DNA of 59,799 nt, the filler included. It is 7 parts of 7 records of this genome, joined end to end, with 100 filler letters (N's around TTAATTAATTAA, not from the genome) between each part and the next. Parts side by side here need not be neighbours in the genome. Positions count along the whole stretch, not along the records: positions 47,811 to 53,622 come from DRR723986_42497; positions 53,723 to 59,799 come from DRR723986_42729; 5 more parts are not named here. One strand, written 5' to 3'. Each line of letters opens with the position of its first letter. Position 1 is the first letter of the stretch. Shown here in pieces: positions 49,879-59,799 of this stretch. A program made the translations under genes and the position numbers. Under the pieces are notes generated by a model. The model had not been told where the DNA came from. It saw only the letters and a program-made list of their open reading frames with translations, and did no database searches.

Positions 49879-52800
49879 GTGAACGCTCAAGCCACTGTCT
49901 TACCTATAAGTGCACAACCAGCCCTTGTTGCACTCCTAAGTCTATTCCTCTTTTTTACTGTATCGGATTTGCCGCTGATTGCACAGGCGTCGGAAGCTAC
50001 GGCGCAGGCCGGCAGTCAGGAGGCCGGTTCGCAACAGGCAGATAACGAGCTGCATGAGTCCAGTCATGCGGGACACTCGCACCACGATGCACATTCGGTA
50101 ACGGCGGAAACGCACAGTTCCGGGTCTGCGGACTTTGCGCCAGTTCCGCTGGAAGCTGGCAATGCGGGGCTGAAAAATGTTCTTGAAGTTGGACCGATAC
50201 TCGAATCGGTATCCGGGGCGGGGCAGCTACCCGACTGGGCGACATTTCTGCGGGATGGCCTGGCGGCGGCAACAGCATGTGACGCAAATCTGGGGACGGA
50301 CGGTGCTACAAATTATACGCTTTTTAACTCAGTGCCACGACCTTCCGGCGCCGACAGTTTGCCTGCGAACCTCACGTTTGTACAGGTCAATCCGGTCGAA
50401 TTTACGCTGCAGCTTGACGGCTATGCCGTCGCTGTTCCAAGGCATTTTTGTTTGCCGTTGAGTCCAACACAAACAGTACGACTGTCTCTTGAGCGCTTCC
50501 ACGTCCTAAACGACGACGCCAAAGTACGTGTGGCCGACGGCGACGGCGAGCTGCCAATTGATCCGGACCCGGCGCTTTTCCTGGAAGGCAGCGTTGACGG
50601 CATTGAGGGTTCACATGTCTACCTGGCGGTATTTGAGCGTTACGCCAGCGGGTACATCGAAATCCCGGCCACAGCAACATCTGCGGCGCGCCAATATATG
50701 ATTGCGCCGCTCGGGGATCCGGGCGACCAGACTTCGACGCTGGTGGTGTACGATAGCGAACTTGTGGATTTGCCCACGCGCGCCGGCCACGGCGTGACCG
50801 AGCAAAATACGGGCTGCGCCAGTGAACACCTGAGCGACTATGAAGAGCGCAGCCGGGAGTCAGTCTTCGAATCGCAGATGCAGCGCAAAGGCCAAAAAGA
50901 CCGTGTGCAGAGCAGTGAAATCCTGATTACAGAAATTGCCGTGGACTGCGACTCACAGTATTACGTGGATCACGGCTCCAACCTTTCGCGTTCCGTCAAC
51001 TACGCGCGCACCGTTATGGGCGCGGCCTCGGCACTCTACAAACGCGATGTGAACATGCGCCTGCGCGTGCCCTACCTGCGCATCTGGCGCAGTGGTGATC
51101 CCTACGATGACAACAACGCAACTGAAATGCTGTTTGACATGCGACCGCACTGGAACACGAATATGCGCGACGTCAGTCGCGGCCTGGCGCATTTGTTCTC
51201 CGGACGCAACGGCATTGGCGGCGTCGCCTGGGTCAATGTGCTGTGTGCGAGCGTGACGAATGGCTTTGGTTATGGCGTGAGCGGGCTGCGTAATAACGTC
51301 AGTTACCCCACCACGGCCTACGTTTGGGATACGGACGTGACGGCGCACGAGCTGGGCCATAACTTCGGTTCGCCGCACACGCACAGCTGCAACTGGGGCA
51401 CGGCGATCGACTCCTGCTGGGACGCCGAAGGCGGATGTTTTCCGAATCGGATTAATCGGCGCGGCACAATCATGAGTTACTGCCACCTGCAGTCGGCCGG
51501 CAAAGGCCTTTACATTCACCCGATTGTCGCCAGTACAATTCGTTTCCGCGCCGAAGCGGCTTCCTGCACGTACCGCGAAAATAAGTCAGCCACGAATGAC
51601 GTAGCCGTGATGAGCGTTGAACTTCCCGCGCCGGGCGCTTCCATCGAAGACTCAATCAAGTTCGTTCCCGAAGTCGTCGTTAAAAACGTCGGTACAGCCG
51701 ATAAAACCGACCTGGAAGTCACCTTCCTGATTGAAGAATTTGACGGTACGGATGTCTGGAGCAACAAGGACACCGTGGACCTGGACGCCGGCGAAGTCCT
51801 GCATGTAAAATTCGACTCAACTTCACTCAACACCGTCGGCGACTACTTTGCGTCAGGCGAAATTGCGCTGAGCGGCGACTCCAAGCTGGTCAACAACGAG
51901 AAGAAACACCAGTTTGCCGTGGTGACAAGTTTCAGCGGCACACTCGACCTGGAATCGCATAACCACGATACAACGTATGTATCGGGCTCGACCAGCAAAA
52001 TCGAGTGGGACCGCAGCGGCATCTCACAGGTGACGATTGAGTTTTCGCCCGATGACGGCGCCAATTGGTTTGCCGTGCGCTATTCGCAGACGGCAAGCAC
52101 AGAAGAATTTAACTGGACGGTTCCGGCCGTCAATACGGACCTGGGCCGCATCCGTATTTTCGATCGTAATAATGCGGGCTTGTACGATATCAGCGATACA
52201 ACTTTCAGCGTGAGCGTCGCCAGAGACATCGAAGTACGCGAAATTCTCTACCCCGTCTCAACCGGCGATGACACGGCGTCGTTTGTGCCGCGCGTAGAAG
52301 TACACAACAATGGCAGCGAGGTAGCCAACAACGTCCCGATCAGTTTCCGCCTGGTGAACCAGGTTTTGCGCACAGAAACATTCATTACGACGGGCACAAT
52401 TACGAGCATTGCCGCCAACACGATTGACACGGTCGATTTCCCCGAAGCCAGCATCCTGCAGAATGGTCGCTACATCATGTACGCACGCGCCTTCCTGCCT
52501 AACGACACGGATGTGAGCAATGACTCCGTAGCACGCTATAACGACTTGATTGCGCCGACGGTCCTTGTTCAGGAACCAAATGGTTTTGAAAATTGGCAGG
52601 TTGGCTCGATCCAGACGATTGAATGGGACAACAACATTGGTAAAATTGCCGCTGTGCGCCTGGACTATTCGACCAACAGCGGCGCCAGTTGGAACAAAAT
52701 TGAACGTTCAACTGCCAACGACGGCAGTTATGACTGGCGCGTGGCGGACGCCGTGGGCAGCGACCTGCGCGTGCGCGTCGCCGACTCCAAACACGCCTTC

Positions 52801-53622
52801 ATCTGGGACCAGAGCAACATCGACTTCACGATTTCGCCGATGCCCAAACCCAACAATATTGCGGTCGTGACAGATGGCGACAGCGTCAAAGTCACATGGA
52901 CGGCCAGCGGCGCGCAGGACCTGACGGGATACCGCATTTACCGCGGAACCTCAGCCGGTGCACTGAGCCTTATCGCGGAAGTTGCTGCTGCGTCCCTGGA
53001 GCACAAACACGGCGCTCTAAGCTCGGGTCAGCGCTATTTTTACGATGTGCGTTCACTCGCAGGTCCCTATGAATCGGATGGCGCAACGCCGGTAGAGTAC
53101 TGCCCCTTTGAACCAACAATCTTTGCTGAAAGCACGACTGGTCTGTGCACCGGCGAGTCAGTGGTCCTGGATGCCGGAGCCGGCCACGCCAGTTACTTGT
53201 GGAATACCGGCGCTACAACGCGAAAAATCACGGTTTCGCAGGCCGGAGCTTACTCGGTTGATATCACGGCAGCGGGTGGCTGCCAGGCGATTACTCCGGC
53301 CGTAGACGTGACAGTTTCCAAGCTGCCACGACCCGAGATAAGTGCGGACGGCCCAACTACATTCTGCCTGGGCGTTAACCGAATTCTGGACGTGGGCAGC
53401 ACATTTGCCAGCGTTAAATGGAGCAATGGGTCTGTTAACAATTCCATTGCAGTCTCAACACCCGGCATCTACAGCGTGACAGTCACGAATGCGAATGGCT
53501 GCAGCGCTTCAACTACTATTCAGATCAGCCTGCATCCGCAGCCGCGGCCTGAGATAAGCAGCGACGGCCCAACAACATTCTGCGAGGGTGAAGACGTCAC
53601 ACTCGACGTCGGCACAACGTTT
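49879..53622 (+). CDS. Large secreted metzincin (M12B/reprolysin-like) protease with CARDB/Ig-like and FN3 domains; 3' truncated
   Basis: TAHELGHNFGSPHTH zinc motif and GTIMSYCH Met-turn, Ig-like repeats, FN3-like VTWTAS...GYRIYR...YFYDVRS, and YLWNTG repeats; runs into the linker. Confidence 0.88.
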
Positions 53623-53723
53623 NNNNNNNNNNNNNNNNNNNNNNNNNNNNNNNNNNNNNNNNNNNNTTAATTAATTAANNNNNNNNNNNNNNNNNNNNNN
53701 NNNNNNNNNNNNNNNNNNNNNNA

Positions 53724-56700
53724 GGAGGAGGAGGAGGAGGGGCGGCGGCCGAGTGGACCTCGGTGACGCTGGCGGACGATCCCCCCGCGACGGGGCACAA
53801 GATCGAGGGCCTCCGGGCCGGGACCGCGTACACGGTGCAGGTGCGCGGCAGCAACGATGGGGGCAAGTTCTGCTGCGCGGACTGCCCGAACGCCAAGTGC
53901 GGCTGGAGCACGCTGTGGAGCCAGGAGGCGGTGGCCACCACCAAGGACATTTGCACGGTGCACGTGTGCACGCCGCTGCTGGCCAACGGGTGCTACGAGT
54001 CGGGCACGTGCTCGCCGGACCCCAAGGACTCGTCGCGGCCGGTGTGCACCAACCCCAGGAAGCCCGACGGGTTCCACTGCGGCTTCGACGCGGACGGCGA
54101 CCACAAGTCGTGCTGGTCCGGCGTGTGCTACGTCCCCACGCCCGAGCTCAGCGCGTTCGCCGACACGTGGCGCGTCGCCAACCTGTCGCTGTCCAACTTT
54201 GGGCAGGAGACGGACGGCACCCTGGCGGCGGCGTTCGCGGCGAGCCGCGCGCGCGGCGAGTACGGCCCGCTCACCGTGGGGCGCGACTTCTCGGAGGTCC
54301 GCATGACGGCCGTGCCCGTGGAGAACACCACCACGTGCGAGTTCATCGGCGCCAACATGAAGACCACCAAGACGGGCGTCAAGACGGACGAGGGCGCGCC
54401 CGCGGTGCAGTTCTCCAGCGTGGTGTCCATCGCGTACGGGGAGACGGTCGAGGTGGAGGTGGACTGCGTCGCGCAGGACGGGCGCCACGACAAGCAGTAC
54501 ATCGTGGCGTACACGCGCGAGACGCCCGTGCCGTCGCCCTCGAGCACGCCCTCGGCCACGCCGTCGGTGACGCCGACGTCGAGCAAGAGCCCGTCGCCGT
54601 CGATCTCGGTGACGCCGTCGTCGTCGTACGTGCCCACCCCCACGCCGATCCCCGCCGAGCAGTGGCTGTCGCTGCCGGGCAAGGTCTACTCGCCCGTGCT
54701 CGCGTTCGGCGACGCCAAGGACAACCTGGCGCGGCTGGGCTGCAAGTTCCCCGAGACGCTGCAGGAGTGCCAGCACCGCTGCCAGTTCGACGACACGTGC
54801 TCCAACGTCCAGTTCTTCGCCACGGGCCCCGACCAGGGCCGCTGCTGCACGCGCGACAGCCAGGTGGGCCTGACCAACTTTGCCTACGGCACGACGTACG
54901 TGCGCGTCAAAAAGGACATCTCCCCGCTGATCGGCGCGTGGGAGCTCACGTACTCTGGGCACGAGGCGGAAAAGTACAACATCCGCGTGCTGGGCAACGG
55001 CACGGTGATCCTGGAGGGCTCGTCGCCGGGCGTGGACGCCACCGTGGGCAGCGTGCGCAAGGTGTACGACCCCACCTCCGCCGACCCGATGGCCATCCAC
55101 CGCTGGAAGCTGACGGGCATCCACCCCAACTACGACGGCGAGGCGTCGGTGGAGCGCGTGCTCGTCACCGAGGACGGCGGGCTCGTGCTCAAGGGCGAGT
55201 GCCCCGTCGCCGACTTTGTCGCGCTCGAGGCGTGCCACCCCAGCTACGGCCCGGGCATGTGCTGCTACGGCACGGGCGTGCGCACGCGCGCGACCACGCG
55301 CCCGCTGGACGAGGCCAGCATGTTCGTTCGCGCGGCCCGCTACGTGCGCGCCGTCGCCGCGGCCGCGGCCCCCGCCGGCGCGTACGAGCGCACCGCCGGC
55401 GACACGTTCGTCGTCCCCGCGACGGGCGGCGACAACGACATGGACGCGCTGACCCTCGCCGACTTGCGCACGGGCACGCAGGCGGGCAACTTTGCCGGCC
55501 GGTTCAGCGGCAACCTCACCGAGGCGTTCGTCGAGTTCACGCTCACCAACGGCGACGCGTTCCTGCTCACCGACGTGACCGTGGGCACCGGCTCTGGCGC
55601 GGGCGGTGGTGGCAGCGGCGTGGTGGAGATGACGCTGTCGCGGCGCGAGACGGTGGACTCGCCGTGGGAGCCGGTGGTCGAGGTGGTGGCGGGCACCAAC
55701 ACGAGGGTGGTGCTGCCGGAGGGCCTGTCCACGGGGGCGGTGTGGCGCTTCCACGACTTCCGGCCCGAGGGCCGCGCCTCGGACCCTGACCTGGCGGCCA
55801 TGTCGGTGGTGGTGGGGCCGTTCTCCGCGCACGGCTACTTCTTGGCCACGGACCTGAGCAGCGACAGCAGCGTGCAGCAGGTGACGGGGATCGTCGACGA
55901 CGACCTCACGGAGCTCAAGGTGCTCAAGTTCAAGGAGGCCGAGCTCGCGTTCGACCCCGCGTTCGACCCCGCGCGGCGCGCGTACGAGGTGTTCGTCGAC
56001 AACGCGGTGGACCAGGGCACGCTGCTGGTGGAGCCCGCCCACGGCGCGAGCGCGTCGTTCGACGGCATCGACTTCAACGCCACGGCCCCCGGCGAGGGCA
56101 TCGTGGTGGAGTTCAAGGAGGCCACGTACGGCGCCAACGAGGTGGAGGTGGTGGTGACCTCGAAGAACGGGCGCCACCGCAAGTCGTACACGGTGTACGT
56201 CACGCGCCAGGACTCGCGCTACACCTCGTTGGTGTGGCTGGACGGCAGCACGGCGCCCCGCAACCGGTGGTTCGACTACATCGAGGGCAAGGCCAACGAG
56301 GTGTACGGCATCATCACCGGCACCACGCTGGAGCCCAACGACGGCGCGCTGGGCTTCGCCTCGGACTCGGACAGCGTGCGCGTGATCGGCGTCGACATTG
56401 GGCCCACGGCGATGCCCGAGGTCACGGTGGAGGCGTGGGTGCGGCTGCGCAGCTTCGCCACCAACCGCGGCACGGTGGTCAGCAACGACATGGGCGACGA
56501 CCTCGGGCGCGCGCTGTTCCTGCACGACACGCGCTTCGGCAACGACCACGGCATCGGCCTGCCCGGCATGAAGGCCGGGTACATTTACGACTCGGAGCTG
56601 CCCGTCGTCGCCCTCGGCGAGTGGGTGCACATCGTGGGCGTGTGGCAGCAGGGCGGCAACTCCACCGTCTACGTCAACACGGTGCCGCAGCTGGTCACCG

Positions 56701-59700
56701 ACGAGACCGAGAACCTGGACGGCTACTCGTACGCGATGGTCGGTCGCAGCCCCAAGAACCCCAACGAGTTTTTGGACGGCGTCGTCTCCGCCGTGCGCAT
56801 CTACGACTACGCCATGGAGGCGGGCCGCGTGCTGGACCTCTTCAACGCCGGGCGCCCGTACGTCACCCCGACGCCCACGCCCACCCCGACCCCGACGCCC
56901 ACCCCAACTCCCACCCCCACCCCGACCCCGACGCCCACGCCCACCCCCACGCCCGTGGCGATGGGCCTGGCGGACCTCCTGCCCCACTTTTCGCTGGTGA
57001 TGGTGGGCACCGGGCACTCGCCGGCGCGCTTCGTGCTGCCGGGCGAGCAGGACCGCATGGGCAACACCGTGCGCGGCCTGTCGCTGCCGGGCTCGTCGCT
57101 CGACTCGTGCATGACGCTGTGCCACCTGGACGTCGCCGCGGCCGAGTTCCAGTGCGCGGGCATCGTGCTCGACCACTACTCCAACTGCCACCTGGTCGGG
57201 CGCCTGGCCACTCTGGCGGACAAGGCGGACCAGTCGCAGAGCTGGGCGCGCACGGACACGCACGTCCCGCCCGTGCCGCACTCGTCGTGGAAGTTTGAGA
57301 ACGGGGTGGCGGTGGACGTGGTGTCGGGCGCCACGCCGCGGCTGGTGGGCAACGCCGAGGTGGACCGGGAGACCGGGTCGCTGTACCTGCCGCCGGACTA
57401 CCCCGTGCCGCGCCGCGGCCTGGTGCTCGACCTGAACCCGCAGAACTTTGAGCACGCGCCCACGCAGGCGTCGGACTTTGCGTCCGGGCTCGAGTTCCAG
57501 CTGCTGGGCAAGGCCGCGCTGGCCCGCGACGACCGCGGCGTGCTGGCGTGGGACCTGCGCCAGGGCTACCTCAGCCCCGTGCGCGGCTCGCGGCCCGTGC
57601 GCGTGCCCGACACGTACACCATTTGCGTGTGGGTGCGGTGGGCGGACGACGAGCGCGGCAAGTACCTGCTGCGCGCCGGCGCGGCGTCGGGCGGCAGCGT
57701 GGGGCTCGTCGTGCCGCGCCGCAGCACGAGCCTCAGCATCTACGACTCGCGCGAGAGCTTCGTGCTGGTGGACACCGAGCACCGCGTGGAGCCGCGGTCC
57801 GGGTGGAACCTGGTGGTGCTCACCGGCAACCGCACCGCCGGCGCCGCCACGGGCGAGGGCGAGGGCGACCTGTACGTCGGCGAGGGCGGCACCGAGGGCG
57901 GGCTCCGCAAGGTCAACTCGCTGCCGCTGACGCGCTCGTTCGCGGGCCTGCCCATCCTCGACGTCGGGGGGCTCGACTTTTACCCGGGCTGGGTGGGCGG
58001 CGTGTACGTGTACGACCGCATCCTCAGCGGCGTGGAGATGTCGGTGATGTGGAACGGCAACAAGCGCCTGTTCAACATCTCGTCGACGTGGAAGTTCCAG
58101 GACAACGAGTCGCCCGCCGTGTCGGCCAAGTCGTGCATGGCGCTCGAGGCGTCGGGCTCGGCGTGGGTGCGCAAGGAGGGCCGCAAGTGCGCCGCGTCGC
58201 GCGTGGGCGACGGCGGCGCGTGCGTGCAGCAGGACTTTGAGACGGCCGAGCGCACGTGCACGGACATGGGCGCGCGCCTGTGCGAGGCGTTCGAGCTGAC
58301 GCTGGGCATCGCCGCCGACACGGGCTGCTCGCAGCTCAAGGACGTGTGGACGCGCCAAGGGTGCGAGGGCAACCGCGGCGCGTGGACGGCCGGGTACGAC
58401 CCCGCCGACGACCTGCCGCAGCTGTGCGTGCTCAAGAACGAGACGCGCGGCGTGGCGTGCTGCGGCGACGTGGTCACGAGCAACCGCACCACCATGCGCT
58501 GGCAGAGCGACGGCTACCCCGGCCGCGTGTGCACGTCCAACTTTATGGCGGTGCCCGGATCCCTGGCGCACGTCGACGTGCGCCTCTCCACGGTGCAGGG
58601 CTGCGACGACAACACGGACCCCACGCGCTGCGTCGAGGGCAAGCTCGGGGAGGTGGACAGCGCGCCGAACCTCGAGGACTGCAAGGCGGTGTGCGAGAAC
58701 CACCCCCGGTGCCGGCGCGTGTCGTTCACGCCGCGCTACGGGTGCCGCGTCTCCACCAAGGGCTACTGCGGCGCGTCGGACATGAGCGACCGCGGCGTGT
58801 GGTCCGCCGCCGAGGAGGAGGGGAGCGTCGTGCTGACGATGCTGGGCGACGTGAACATCGTGCTGGACACCGAGGACGCGTCGTCGTCGGAGATGGTCAT
58901 CGAGGGCGACTGGGAGACCACCGTGCCGGCCGCCGGCACCGCGGTGGAGGGCCAGAGCTACCTCGTCGACATGAACCGCGACAAGGGCCACATGAGCGTG
59001 ATGTTCCTGCCCGCCGTCCCCGCCGCCGGGCGGTACACGGTGCGCCTGTCGTACGTCGCCGGCCCCGACATGGCCAGCGCCGTGCCGGTGGACATTGCGC
59101 ACTCGCGCGGCACGGACCGCGTGTACGTCGACCAGACGCACGGCAAGGGCCACCAGTGGGTCAACCTCGGCGACTACTACTTTAGCGACGGCGAGTGCGG
59201 CTCGGTGCGCGTCGCCACCGAGGGCACCGACGGCATCGTGTGCGTCGACGCCCTCAAGCTCAGCGCGCAGGACGCCGGCCGCTTCCAGGACCAGGTCATC
59301 GTGTCGTGCGTGCAGGCGCCGGCCACCGGCCTCTACCGCCTGAAGCCCACCGCGTGGCCCCACGAGCCGTTCTGGGCCTACTGCTTCATCGAGGACGACA
59401 GCGCGTGGGTCAAGGTCAACGCGTTCGACGGCGAGGTGGAGACCAACCCCAACGCCTACGGCACCGTCGCCGAGTGCTCGCAGACCGGCATGGGCAAGTA
59501 CTCGGACGAGCAGATCAACAGCATCACTGGTGGAAGCGGTGGTAGCGAGGATGAGGGAGAGGGCAACGGCGAGGAGGGACCGTCCGACGAGATCGTGCGC
59601 GTGTTCCGCATCATGCACAAGGACAGCGACACCAAGCTGTTCGTGCGCACGCCGAGGCCCTACTCGGACCCCAAGCTCGCGTTCGGCCTGCTCGAGCCGG

Positions 59701-59798
59701 GGGCAAGGTGGAACGCCACGGCGACGGTGGCCGAGACGTGGTCGCTCGCCACGGCGCCGGGGGCGGGCACGACGGGCGCGACGGGCGCGACGGACCGT
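53724..59798 (+). CDS. Partial (both ends open) giant extracellular multidomain protein, probably from a GC-rich eukaryote
   Basis: The frame from 53724 translates without a stop for about 2025 codons, with G/C at almost all third positions. Recognisable pieces: FN3 end (HKIEGLRAGTAYTVQVRGSN), Cys-rich modules, cadherin-like beta-sandwiches, LamG-like (VTVEAWVR...EWVHIVGVW...VRIYDYA), PAN/Apple-like, golvesin-like (GRYTVRLSY...WVNLGDY...VDALKL) and fibrinogen-like start. Confidence 0.8.
56865..56954 (+). repeat. Coding tandem repeat (Thr-Pro)x15 linker
   Basis: ACN-CCN hexamers in frame with the large + strand ORF. Confidence 0.9.
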
Positions 59799-59799
59799 T

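Noticed and set aside
56865-56954. Tandem repeat as a CRISPR or non-coding satellite
   Set aside because: It is an in-frame (Thr-Pro)15 linker with synonymous variation and no spacers.
53667-59618. 1983-aa ORF on the minus strand
   Set aside because: Antisense shadow of the GC3-rich + strand gene; Arg/His/Ala-rich with no domains, and it ends in the linker.

Overview
The window is a mosaic of seven unrelated sequence pieces joined by artificial 100-nt N/TTAATTAATTAA linkers, so nothing should be interpreted across them. (A) 1-9000 is a mobile/accessory region. A large serine recombinase ORF runs through a probable CRISPR leader and first repeat. It is followed by an HTH replication-type gene and a radical SAM/SPASM enzyme with a fused seven-fold C-x-P tail. 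A pentapeptide-repeat gene, an RCC1-repeat T9SS gene and IS21-like ends complete the piece. The cargo genes are separated by four or five directly oriented dif-like (11-6-11) sites. (B) 9101-15520 is a planctomycete-like housekeeping piece (M24 peptidase, accB, accC, Cys-rich secreted protein, fabF). (C) 15621-33076 comes from a T9SS-bearing bacterium: a GH92, a cytochrome P460/multiheme fusion, two tandem 306-aa membrane paralogues with opposite-charge loops, and secreted beta-propeller-type proteins, one with an in-frame amber stop. (D) 33177-39610 is a 6.4-kb integrase-less module whose two ends join into the 3' 50 nt of tRNA-Met(CAT); it carries a TetR gene and three matching palindromic operators. 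(E) 39711-47710 is an alphaproteobacterial nucleotide-sugar locus broken into interleaved, out-of-order gene fragments, most likely an artefact. (F) 47811-53622 has crcB, murB and a large M12B-like metalloprotease. (G) 53723-59799 is a >2000-codon GC-rich, probably eukaryotic, multidomain extracellular protein on the + strand that the ORF track missed. The best candidates for something new are the dif-bounded cassette array, the rSAM with a fused CxP tail, the recombinase-CRISPR junction and the tRNA-att integrase-less module. All calls come from reading the sequence by eye; no searches were run.
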